64,000 nt of DNA, from the NCBI RefSeq assembly GCF_000143415.4, contig NW_003314289.1:474072-538071 (forward strand), in the 5' to 3' direction. Positions within the stretch are counted from its first letter, which is position 1, and each line of letters begins with the position of its first letter. A program made the position numbers and the translations under genes. The DNA comes from Selaginella moellendorffii (taxonomy: Eukaryota; Plantae; Lycopodiophyta). The notes beneath the pieces are model-generated. The model saw only the letters and a list, made by a program, of their open reading frames with translations, was not told the DNA's origin and ran no database searches. Shown in pieces: positions 35,440 to 47,615 of this stretch.

Positions 35440-35690
35440 ACCTGGATGCAAACTCGGGATCGTCAGGCAGCGGCGTCTTGAAATCCATCAAGATCTACAA
35501 GAATCTTTGCCATTTCCATCGTTCTTGTGGATGCATCAGCGCGATATCTCACAACAGGGGCAAGAATCTGGCTGATTGGTGGAGTAGTGTACACAGCATG
35601 GCCACACGCCTCTCTTCCAATCAATGCATCAGCGAGCTCTGGTGTGGAATGCCATGATCCAGGGCAGCTCCAACATTGAATCGGCCCAGC
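35440..35690 (+). pseudogene. Third, heavily eroded fragment of the PPR 5' end
   Basis: ctcgggatcgtc..aaatccatcaagatctac..ggaatgccatgatccagggc matches 30990-31335 with many deletions. Confidence 0.8.
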
Positions 35691-36427
35691 AGTGTCCAGA
35701 TAGCATATTGTTGCTAAGAACCACCAAGTAATCTCTATATATAACACCTGGAAGATTGTTGTGACTGAAATGCAATGTCTCAAGCTCACGGCACTCGCCA
35801 ATTGTTGCTAGTATCCTGCCTCAAGATTGTTACCCCAAAGGATGATGTTGAAGCTTTGAAAGTCTGTCCCATATATCCACTGGAGGTGACCCCGTCACAA
35901 AATTGATACGCAGATCGAGCATTTCTAAGTTACCACAGTTCATGGCTAAGTTTAAAACAGGACCACGCAACCTGTTGTATAAAGACTGAAGTCTGGAATT
36001 TGAAAGACGTCTGCGTGAACATGTTGCAGCTCAAGTCTGTAAAACTGTTGTTAGAACCTCTACTTAAAAACTTCAGGTAAACTTTGATTGGCAAATACTA
36101 AGAGAAATTATCTAGATTAGTGCTTGTTTGACAAGTTGAGCACCTTCAAAGCATCACAATCCTTGCAAACAACTGTTCCAGAAATGTTGTTAAGAGAGAC
36201 GTCCAAGTCCTGCAGACTCGTGCAATGCTCAATCCAAAGTTGATAAGAAATTGGACGAAACATCATTGAGAACATTCTCTGTCATATTATTTGAAGCCAC
36301 TGAAAGCTCTAGTAGACTCACAAAACATATCTTGAGGGATGCTTCAACCTCTAAAGCTCCAGCATCTGCATGATCATGAAAGACAAGTCTGACAAGAAGT
36401 AGGACAATAAAAGTAGCATGGATCCAT
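35690..36427 (-). pseudogene. Eroded paralogue of the LRR receptor-like gene at 40364-42608
   Basis: Collinear pieces match 41270-42608 (e.g. gatgttgaagctttgaaagtctg, gcaccttcaaagcatcacaatcctt, and the MDP start). Confidence 0.85.
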
Positions 36428-37408
36428 TAGAATTTAGAATGCAACCGCAAGAATAAATGCTAACAGATTGTTCAAGTCCGTCTGCACTGCAGGGAAGTTC
36501 TTTCGAAAACCAATCATGTCACTGGACTCACGGAAGTGAAGATCTGGAGAATATATGGCACACATGACTTTGACCTGCTGGATCCTTGAAATCGGCAGAG
36601 TGAGTCCTGACAGCACAAGACTTCTTTCTTCCCCTATAGACAGTTTCCTACTTGTCCTTCATTCCCAAATCTTTCAAACCCATGCATGGATTAGGAGGAA
36701 ATCCTCATTTCGGGACCACGAGCTCAGGAGAGTATGGCTACGTGAGTTTGACCAGCTGGATCCAGAGACATTGGGAACCAAGTCATAACTAAATGAAGAA
36801 TTTGAGACCAATTTCAGCTTCTCATTCTGAACAGCAAATCTGGATGTCTCGTCACCGCCAGCTGCAAACTCAAAATGTGAACAGAGAAAAGTCATACTTG
36901 CCTGCCTAGCTTCAATAATGAGAACTAGCATCTGTTACCTCTTTCAATGCTGATTGCATTGAAAGTCTACCAACATGCTTTTCAAGCTTTAAATTAAGAC
37001 AAAATACAGTACATTTACCTTCTGTTTGGCTCTTAATGCGTTCATCGGTCAGCCTTCATTTTGATAAGTAGCAACATCGAAATTCCAAAGGTCAACTTTA
37101 TTTACCTTCCATTGCATTTGGTCCTTGACCTTCAGAATTCCAAGGGAGGTATTTTCCAGTGGAACCCTAAGGGTTTCCCAAGAACCCTAAAACTAGGTGT
37201 TTCTGAATCAGCCACATTTCGCGGAACCAGCTTGCAGAAATAAAAAAGAATCTAGTGACATCCATGATTGGCAAATCCTCAGGGCGATTGGTGGAGCAGG
37301 GTGCTCTCTTTCCCTCCAGCTCCTAGGAAGAAAAATTGTTTTCCCGCCCATGAATTTTAAAAGTAGAGATTATTCTTGCGAAGATGCGTTTAGGGCTCTT
37401 GAGAGGAG

Positions 37409-38718
37409 ATGGGTGCTGTGGAGCACAGGGCATACGCGCGCATTGGCCTGCTGGGGAATCCGAGCGATGGCTACTACGGCCGCACAATTGCGCTCGCGAT
37501 CTCGAATTTCTGGGCGACGGTGTCGCTCCAGCCGTCGGATTTGCTCGCGCTTGTGCCGCATTCCCACCACGATCTCTGCCGCTTCAGCTCCATCCAGGAT
37601 CTGGTGAGTGGGGATCGCGTCTGAGCTCCAATGTCAGGATTGATTGGAAAATATTTCCAGGTAGGGAGAGTCCAGAGCGAGGGATATTACGGTGGTGTCC
37701 GGCTTCTCACCGCCGCTTGCAAGACATTCCATAGCTATTGCTCGTCTCATGGAATTGATCTACACGATGGAAATTTCACTCTTTCCTATGATACCAACAT
37801 TCCTCGTCAGGTGCTAAAATTCTAGAACTTTTTGTTTTTTTTTTTCTTCTCGAGCTCTATCACTTTGTGTTGCTAGGCAGGCTTATCTGGATCTAGTGCT
37901 CTCGTGTGCGCTACCATGAATTGCCTCATGGATTTTTACAACGTCCGCGATCGCATCCCAGTAGAGGACCGACCGAAAATTGTTCTCAGTGCCGAACTCG
38001 AGCTCGGGATCACGGCTGGTTGCAAGACAGAGTAGCACAAGTCTATGGAGGCCTAGTTTATATGGTTCGTGGCTCTCACTTTTTTATCCTCTCTCTTTTG
38101 AAGTTTATAGAGCAACTTTGGTTCAGGACTTTGACGAGGAACACATGCTGAGAACTGGGAATGGGATTTACAAGCGAATGGATCCTCAACTCCTGCCTCC
38201 ACTGTACGTAATCTACGCACAAAACCCGAGCGACTCTGGCAAAGTTCGTTTTTTGGAAACCATCCACGCGGTTGCTAATGATTTTCTTCCGTTGGTGTAG
38301 GTCCATAGCACGGTGAAGCAGCGATGGCTGGATGGCGATCTGACCGTGAGAACAAAGATGAGGGAAGTAGCGGAGCTGGCTCTCCGAGGCAAACAGGCTT
38401 TGCTGGAAGGAAATCACTCGTTACTGGCCGAGCTTATGGATCGCAACTTTGACCTGCGAAGGTAATGAGAATTGTTTCGAGGTGTCAACCAAAGTAACTC
38501 CTTTCACCAGAGAAATGTTTGGGGACGATGCGCTTGGAGCTCTGAATATCCAGATGGTTGAGACGGCACGAAGCGTCGGAGCGGCATGCAAATTCACTGG
38601 CAGCGGCGGAGCAGTAGTGGCGTTTTGTCCTGAAGGATCTGTCCAAGCTCAAAAGCTCCAAGAAGCTTGCAGCGCTTCTGGGCTTTCTATAGAGCTTGTG
38701 CAAGTTGCGGCGAGGTGA
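37409..38718 (+). CDS. GLCAK: Glucuronokinase (GHMP kinase), with an apparent 1-nt frameshift at about 38020
   Basis: [32 protein letters not shown]|[33 protein letters not shown] and [14 protein letters not shown]. Confidence 0.9.
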
Positions 38719-38914
38719 CTCCAGAATGCTGGACTTATTTGAATACAAATGGCAGGAGCTCTTGTGATTTTCAAGTATCCCGTGCAAAGTCTTAACATGC
38801 TCATTGATTAAACTTTATAAACCATAGCGCATGGAAATAGAACGTGCAAGAAGAAGGTTGAAGATTGGAGATGAGTGGAGAGTGAGTGTGAGGGAGAGGC
38901 AAAGTAGATTAGGG

Positions 38915-39170
38915 TCCATTAGATTGCCACTCCATTATCGTCACCTCAATTCTCTTATCAAACAGGAGTGATGCCCAGTAGTATTTCCTCATGAAGGCAC
39001 CACTGTATTCAAAAGGCCAGTTTGCCCAGCTCTCATCTTCTTGTTTGTTACATGACGTGAGACTATACTCTGGGATTGTAAGCTGAGATATGTTCTTCCC
39101 AATGTGGAAGAAAGTACTACCTTCTAGATGAGTTTGGAACATTGGGCATATGTGCCAAGAACATGAATTG
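38915..39170 (-). pseudogene. Fragment of the F-box gene at 47616
   Basis: QEDESWANWPFEYSGAFM..YYWASLLFD matches QEDESWANWSFGYIGAFM..YWASLLFD. Confidence 0.8.
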
Positions 39171-40363
39171 GAATAAGATCAGTGAGAAGATTCATAGGTT
39201 AAATTATCCTTAATCAGATTTGAGGAATAAAGTGAAATTTTTTTCATTCCATATAAAGTGAAAAACTCTTTAAAATGATTACGTTGCATGTATAGCAGTG
39301 TTATTCTTACTTATTAATGCAAAATAAAATTTTATAATTATAAACATGTTTATAATTTATAAACACAAGATTAATCTTATTGTATATGGTAGAATAAAAA
39401 AGAATATACTAGAAAGTGATTAATAAAGTTTATAAATTATAAACATGTTTATAGATTATAAATACAAGATTAATCTAAATGAATAACAAAGAAATCTAAG
39501 CATATTCTATGTATATCCACTACCATCCTCTTATAGGTTTGCTTAAGAAAACCAAAAAGTATGAAAAAAAACTAATACATTAAAATGGATTTACTCAAAA
39601 GGTTAAAATAATTATCTTTGGGTAATTGCTTTATCTGTAATATCACAATTTTGTAAAAGCTAATGTCAAACATTAAGCATGTTCTTGCACAAACTTCCAC
39701 TCATTGGTGACCACTAAAGTCATTGAATCAGTGTGTTCCATAGCATCCCACGAAGCACAAACCTAATGGTCCAAATGGAAGACTACATCACAACCATAGC
39801 TTGCTATAATTCTCTAACTTCATGCAAAAGTTATAATGTGATGATATTTCTGAAGAGCATTAGGATGAATCCTAAGTACAAAAGTAACCTGATTATGTGT
39901 TATAGAGGCAGTGACTAAGCTACTAACACTCCCACTCAGTCTGGGATTGGACTCACTGCTTGGGTGTTGCACAGTCTCCAGTAGCTGGATCTACATATAA
40001 GCTGCATATTTCCACTAGAGTACCTCCATTAGCTGGATAATTGAAAACTCCATTGTCTGGATTTATTTTTTGGGCAAGAGTTAAAGGTTGTTGTGATCAG
40101 CAATAAACTTTTTGGGAGCCAACACCTTTATGGGCAAATCAATTAGCTGCTCATAAGTGGTGCAAAACTGGAGAACAATCATGTATTGTGATATTAATGT
40201 TAAATATGCTTCATCCTACCATGAAACTTAGTCGTCTTGGTCAGAGAAATAGTGGTGATATTACCACAGTAAAGCAGAGTCAGGAAAAGCCAAGGGTAGC
40301 CATACTACCCAAAACATTAAGTCATATTCAAGGTATATCCACTACTATATCAATTACCAATGG

Positions 40364-42608
40364 TTACATAATTTCAAACCGTTTAAGTATTCTCTCCCAT
40401 CTCTTGTTGAAAAAAACTGCACAGCTCCATGCAAGGAATGAAACAACAGCAGCAACAATACCAGCTAACATGCTTACATCTTCATCATCATCCTCGTCAC
40501 CAGAATGATTGTCTAAATTATAATCATTACCATGACATTCTGCAAGCGGGATGCCACATAGTCCTGGATTTCCTTCGTAGCTGCTCGCAGGGAAAGTTGG
40601 AAGCTGCCCACTCTGTGGAATCCCACCAAGAAGCTTGTTGTGTGAGATGTTGAAGTATTTCAGAAAGGTGAGGTTGGTGAGCGAGCCCGGGATGTGTGAT
40701 TCGAGCTGGTTGTATGAGAGATCTAGCCACTCCAGTTCCTTGAGATTGCCAACTGTGGAGGGAACAGCCCCTGTGAGTAAGTTGTGTGCAAGATTCAGCG
40801 AATATAAATTTTGCATAGCACCAAACTCTGCTGGGATTGTTCCTGTGAAGCTGTTGAACGAGAGATCGATACACCAAGGGCTGACTCCCTGAGTATTACT
40901 TGATATTAAATAAATGTTGAAACCGGGAGGTGACAGGAAGTACCAAGTTTGGCATCTGGTTGCAATCGGAAGCTGCTGGAACTCATGGAAACGGATTCCT
41001 TGCAGTATAAACACCTCATTGTAACCTTTGCAGATGGATGGCTGTACGTTGAACAACAGTACCATCAAATAGGGGTACTTTATATCATACTGGTCTTCTT
41101 TAACGGAGCAGCCGATCCAGCTTGGGATTGGTCCCGCCAACTGGTTGTCGTTCACTGCAAGATGAATTAAACTGTTGGTGTTCCTTAACTCGCCTGGTAG
41201 ACCACCTTGAAGCTTGTTATGGCCTAGTAGAAGACCTCGAATGTTCTGCATCTTTGCAAGAGATGCCGGGATTTCTCCAGATAGCATATTGTTGTTAAGA
41301 ACCAGCAAGGACAGATTCTTCAGGCGAGATATCTCCTCCGGTATAACACCTGTAAGATTGTTGTGACTGAGATGCAAGGTCACCAGCTCACTGCACTCGT
41401 CGATTGTCGCTGGTATCCTGCCTTCAAGATTGTTACCCCAAAGGATCAGATGTTGAAGCTTTGAAAGTCTGCTGCATATATTCCCTGGAAGCGACCCTGT
41501 CACAAAATTGATACTCAGATCGAGCATCTTTAAATTGCTACAGTTCATGGCCAAGTTTAAAACCGGACCACGCAACCTGTTGTATACCAACACCAAAGAC
41601 TGAAGTTTAGACTTTGAAAGGCAGATGTTTGTGTTGCTACTACTGAATTTGTTGCAGCTCAAGTCTAGAGCTTCAAGAGTTGGAGGAACTGTAGGTATTT
41701 CACCTGTAAAACTATTGTGGTCGGCTTGAAGAACCTCCAGGGACTTGAAAACCTGAGGTAAACTTCGATTGCCAAATACCGAGAGAAATGGTCCAGAGAA
41801 TTGATTGTCTGACAGGTTGAGCACCTTCAAAGCATCACAATCCTTCCAAAAAACAGTTTCAGAAATATTGTTAAAAGAAACATCCAACTCCTGCAGACTA
41901 GTACACTGCTCAAGCCGAAAGGTTGTTATGAAGTTGGACGAAGCGTTAAGCTTCTGAAGTCTTCTGCAGTTTTTGGACATATTTTCAGGGATCCCTCCAA
42001 CCAGCTGATTGCTCGAGACATCTAGAAACTTCAAGCTCTTGCATGATAAAAAGAAAGAAGAAGGTATTGAACCACTTATTCTGTTGTAGGATAGGTCGAC
42101 AGAAACCATGGAGTTCCCAATCGATAATTTCACTGAAATTTTTCGTAACTTGTTGTGTGAGAGGTTCAAAATCCTGATGCCTTTGCATGTAACCAAACGA
42201 GAAAGAGTGTCGAGAAAATCCCCAGTGAAATGGTTCCCTGACAAGTCAAGGACCTCCAGAGAGCATTCTTGCGAGGAGGATACTTTGATCTCTGTGAAAT
42301 TATTCCCAGAAACAGACAAGTTGCGTAGTTGAGGCAGGGCTTGGATTTGTATAAAACGGAAGAGGGCCTGAAAGTGAGAGATAATTGAGCTGTATACCAG
42401 ATATCTGGCCTGCTTAGGAACAATTGATACCAATCCATTGACAAACGTCTGATTCTCTGTTCCAGCTATTCAGTGACGACAGAGGATCATCCATAGATTT
42501 CTTAAAGCTCAAGAGTGCTTCAGTCTCTAAATCTGCAGCATCTGCATGACCATGAAAAACAAGCCTGATAGCAAGTAGGAAAACAGCAAGTAACCTCCAT
42601 GGATCCAT
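40364..42608 (-). pseudogene. LRR receptor-like protein (island plus four LRRs, acidic juxtamembrane, TM, short tail) with two 5' lesions
   Basis: Signal peptide and LRRNT (EALLSFK..W....C.W.GI.C); TAA at 42416-42414 and a +1 shift near 42355; about 660 open codons of LRRs; GNPGLCG, DEDDDED, TM; no kinase domain. Confidence 0.88.
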
Positions 42609-43689
42609 TCGAATGCAACAGCAGAAATGCTTACAGATGGTTCAAGTCCTTACCATCATATACTGCACGAAATTCCAGCAGGTCAGTCATGGGGCCATAC
42701 TCTCCAGATTTTTATTTCCGCGTGTCTGACGATTGTTCTTTGAAAGCACTTCGCCAAAATGAGTCCTGGCTGTAAACACATATCTTGAGCTTTTTCTTGT
42801 CCTGCTTGACTGCAGGAGTGACTTCATGGGAGAGAATGTGGCCACGGCCACATGACTTTGATCCTGCAGTCAAAGTCAAAGCACTGAAAGAGACAAGGAA
42901 ATTTAGAGATTGCAAAGACCATGACTTGACGATCACGGACTCTGCTTTTCCCAATGAGCTTGTGGAATGCACCTTTATCAATGGTGCCTTGTTAATAATC
43001 ACTTCAATCATAGTTTGCAAAGAGTTCTTGACATTCTTGGTGAAGGTGGCCAAGCCTAAAGCAGAGATGACCGTCCACATGGGCTTTTATACAAATATTC
43101 TCTAAATCTCTTGCTCTCTCTCTAGTGGCTGATGGCTTATAGATGTGGCTTGCATCCCAATGGCTCATGGATATAACTCACATCCCAACAAGTGACCACA
43201 ATGGATCAAGCATGTTTGTCATGTGAAGAGAACCTAGCGGCCTTTAAATGTTTAATGCAATGCCCATGTTAAGAAATTGGAGAAACCAAAATAAAAGAAA
43301 AGGAAGAGGGATAGAGTTTGGAGTTATAATAAAAACCACATAGGGAAAACTATGAGTGCAAACTGAACCCAAGTCCAAAAAGAAAAAGAGGAGAAGACCA
43401 AATAAAATAGCGTGAAAAGTATGAAGTGATCAATGGGAAGAGAAACATAGAGAAGGAATAAGAACTAAAATAAGAGGAACAAATGCTCACTTGGATCACA
43501 GTCTCGTGCGTTCTTGAGCCTTCAGAAAGTTCCTCCAAGTTGCCCAAGCTTACAATGGAAATACAAGAGAGATGTGTGCTCGGAAGTTGTATGAGAGAAA
43601 GCTGTAAATGGTGGGAAAAGGTAGTGGAAGGGACTACAGATGTTAGGACTAACAGTGGTGATGTTGAAATGTTTTGTGCATGTGAACTA

Positions 43690-46100
43690 TTGTTGCAAAT
43701 AATGGTTGCTCCTTTTTGGTGCTAAAGAATGAGATGGCAGGTACACCATCCGTCCACCATGTTTGGGTTCCTGTGTGTGCATCAAATCCAACCGGCTAGG
43801 AAAAATTAGATTTTGAAGTCGAGATTTATTGTGTTTATTCATTTTCGCTGGTCCACTTGGTAATTTAACTTTGGCATGTTTATACATTGTCCTGAATGCC
43901 CAAAGTGCTCTTGTTGCTGGATTCAGCCTACTCATTGGATTGAGGAAAATAGCTGTTGCTACGAACATGTTGAATCTTTAACAGCTAGAAAGAGATCCTC
44001 CACTGTTAGAGATGAGCTCTGTGGGGATGCTGAAGTGACACATGATATGCTCATAGATGAACTTCGTTGTTGTGTACTGATCTACACATCTGAGGGGAAC
44101 GGCCTCAATCCAGTAGTTTGTCACAATGAAGAGGAAGACGTGGGACACTGCTCCTAGGGTTGTGTTGTTGGCATTGTAGACACTATTGTGCATACTCCTT
44201 GGTGTCCTTGAGGATTGTTGGCTAGAAGTAGCCATGTCGAAAGAGTTGTGCTGTCATGCAGCCAGAAAAGTGCCCGACACAAGAACCTGGAGCAAAGCAG
44301 AAATCTCAGTCGCTGTGACACATTGGAGAAGAAGGCCTTGAGCAGTATGATGTGTCAGGGCCTTCTTCTCCATCATACTGCTCTGACACATGGAGGAGGA
44401 GGCATTGAGGACAATAGTCTCGAGTCTGCCACTGCAAAGATTGTTGTTCCAAGTGTGGGAGGTCTGATGGAGAAGTGCTTAACTCCAAATACTTTGCCAT
44501 ATTCTCCAGAGCTGCTGGCACCACAAACGTTGTCACAGCAATTGTGAACTGACTAAGATCGAGTTGGTGCTGAGTTGAAGCTGTTCAAATGCTTACTGCT
44601 ATTTCTCAGTCCACTTATAGGGGGTGTTGTGTTTGAGCAGAGCTACTAGTGGATGAGTGAGAGCAGCAAAATCTAGTATGAACCATGGAAAGAATCCAAT
44701 CTAGCCAAGGTAACTCTGAAGTTGTTTGAGGTTTTCACCTCAAGGATCTGTTTGCACTTGGTGACATGTGCCTTCCAATGAGACATCAAAATTGAGAAGA
44801 CAGCTTTCAGTGACAACGAACTTGCACTTGGCTGGATTCAGTGAAAAATGGTGCTATTGGCAACCTGTAAAGATCTTCTCTAGGTGGTGAAGATGTTCAT
44901 CATAGTTTTTTTAAGAGGTCATCCATGTGTACAGGGAGAGAACTTCCAATCAAGTTGTGGAAGGTGTATGTCATGAAGCGCTGAAAGTTGCCTTGGCATT
45001 GTATAAACCAAACGGTAGGATGTTGTAGGCAAATACTCCATATGGTGTGCAAAAAGCAGTGAGCTTATTGTCTTCTGGATGAATTGGAAGCTGGTTGTAA
45101 CCTGAGAAATCATCCATGAAAGAGTAAAAATGATGTCCTGCCATCTCATCCACAATCCTATCTAAGAAGGGTGTTAGGAAATGATCTCGCATAGTGACAT
45201 TATTGAGAGCCTGGTAGTCAACGTGAAGACAGAGCTTGCTATTGGCTTTACATATTGGGACAACATTGGAAATCCATGTAGAATGTTCCAATGGGTAGAT
45301 GAAATCAGTAGGATGAAACGGTAGGATGTTGTAGGCAAATACTCCGTATGGTGTGCAAAAAGCAGTGAGCTTATTGTCTTCTGGGTGAATTGGAAACTGG
45401 TTGTAGCCTGAGAAATCATCCATAAAAGAGTAAAAATGATGTCCTGCCATCTCATCCACAATCCTATCTAGGAAGGGTGTTGGGAGATGATCTCGCATAG
45501 TGACATTATTGAGAGCCTGGTAGTCAACGTGAAGACAGAGCTTGCTATTGGCTTTACATATTGGGACAACATTGGAAATCCATGTAGAATGTTCCAATGG
45601 GTAGATGAAATCAGTAGGATGAAACGGTAGGATGTTGCAGGCAAATACTCCGTATGGTGTGCAAAAAGCAGTGAGCTTATTGTCTTCTGGGTGAATTGGA
45701 AGCTGGTTGTAGCCTGAGAAATCATCCATAAAAGAGTAAAAATGATGTCCTGCCATCTCATCCACAATCCTATCTAGGAGGGTGTTGGGAGATGATCTCG
45801 CATAGTGACATTATTGAGAGCCTGGTAGTCAACGTGAAGACAGAGCTTGCTATTGGCTTTACATATTGGGACAACATTGGAAATCCATGCAGAGGTAGAT
45901 GAAATCAGCTGCTAGCAGTTTTTGCACTTTGAGTTTAATCGCTGGTAGTAGAGACTTGTTGAGGTGGCGTTGCTTTTGGCATATTGGCTTGGCACCTAGA
46001 ACCAACGTGATTCCATCGGCATGCCTGGAAGTTGTGATAGAAGAACATCTTTGAAACATTGGAGGAGAGACACCAACCTAGCTGCGTCTATGCTCCAAAA
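43690..46100 (-). mobile_element. Degenerate Ty3/gypsy pol (RT, RNase H, integrase)
   Basis: WISNVVP..LHVDYQALN..DHLPTPFLD..SFMDDFSGYNQ..TAFCTPYG..PFGLYNA; integrase remnants TNYWIEAVPL, PTELISN and ALWAFRTMYK. Confidence 0.88.
45010..45908. repeat. About three tandem copies of a 306-bp RT segment
   Basis: Identical landmarks recur 306 nt apart (45311/45617; ORF starts 45155/45461/45767). Confidence 0.95.
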
Positions 46101-47322
46101 CAGGTTGGATCTTTATCTCCCTCGAGGAAGATCTCTTTGCACCTAGGATCTGGTCTTTGTGCTGATTGTTGAGCACTATTTGGTATGTCCAAACTCGTCA
46201 CAAAAATTGATTAGAGATGTGTTTCATGTTGCATGTTAAAACTGGATAGTTTATTGGCCCAAAAATTCTCCACTTATGGGATATAGATGAAATGAATTTC
46301 ATGAAAAGCTTCCCTTAAAGCTATGGTGCCACAAGTCCCTAATGTGTTCTGTGCACACAAGGAGCCTGGGTATGTTTTGAGTTCATGAGCTCACCTAACA
46401 ACTTCTCAAATACTAGAAAAACATTATTTTGTTCTAAACTATGGTTCAACAATTCCATGCATTGAATTACTTTGGCCTATAGATCTAATGGAACCATATA
46501 GAAGTGTTTAAAGAAGTTCTGTATTGACATTTTTTCATCTTTCAAAAAATGATTTAATCTATATTTTATTTTGACTAATAAAAGACAAATATAAATATAG
46601 ATTCGAACATCAAAAGCAATCTAAAAACGATTCTAAAACTTTGGAAGTGTAAAGCTTGTCTAGTGGATGTGATAATCGATCTTAGAATCTTTGTTTAGTT
46701 CCCACATAAAAATAATAGGTGTGCTTACAAGTTAAATATACTTTTCCCCTATTCTCCTTTTGTGTAAAATTTAGATAGGTATAGGAATGTTTTCTATCAC
46801 ACACATGTAGTATACTAGCTTTAAAACAGGTTATACATTTTTTTAAAGATTAATACATCATAAAAATGAATTCTACAAAGCCCAAACAATCATTAACACT
46901 TCAAAAGATTGCACTTTAAATCAGAAGAATTATATATTAATCATAATTACATTTGATTTCAACATAATTTTCTTATTGACTTTAGACAAAGCCTATGCTT
47001 GTTGTTCAAACATCATTACCAATGATTTTGTAGACTGCCAGTTTAGTTATTTACATCATGTTCGTCGATATAAGTACATTGGATCTGTTGAGGATTTCAA
47101 GCAACTTAAGCCAAAAGGTTGAATTAAAGAATGTTTATAAAATTTTTTTGATTGAAGAATATTCATTACACTGCTAAAAACAGGCTTTAAAAATGACTTC
47201 TTTTAACCCTAACCCAAGCCTTGAACATCTCCTATATTATTTAAATTTCTTTGAACAATTTTACAAGATGCTAGTTTGTTTTCTTCTGATAATTCCTCTA
47301 CTTTAACACTACTAATAAATTT

Positions 47323-47565
47323 TGTGATCAGCAGGATAGAGTCTCCACTGGTAAGATGTATGGGAAGCTTAGTGGTAAAAACAAAAGTGTAAATATCAAG
47401 GTGATTGTATGAAAATCAACCAAGCAATGGGATTTGAGGGTGGATGCTGCTACTTGAGCTGAATCACTTAAGAGCCATTGACATTCATTTTACTATCAAG
47501 ATGCAAGAAATTTGATATGTTCTTTATATCAGCTAAATTACAGAATGCTAGTAGTTTTTGCATCA
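47323..47565 (+). pseudogene. 5'-truncated, frameshifted copy of the Cys-rich peptide gene
   Basis: tgtgatcag..ggtaagatgtatgggaagcttagtgg..gagggtggatgctgctacttgagctga and the 3' flank match 30285-30540. Confidence 0.88.
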
Positions 47566-47615
47566 CAGGATCTTTTTAACATTTTTAAGCCATCACTAAT
47601 AAAAAGTTAGGCCTG

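Noticed and set aside
14987-38718. Nucleotide-sugar gene cluster (GT47, NPPs, glucuronokinase)
   Set aside because: Genes are far apart with unrelated genes between; probably coincidental.
39700-39945. Copia-like PPT/LTR start (GAGTGGGAG-TGTT on the minus strand)
   Set aside because: No matching LTR, TSD or recognisable pol sequence.
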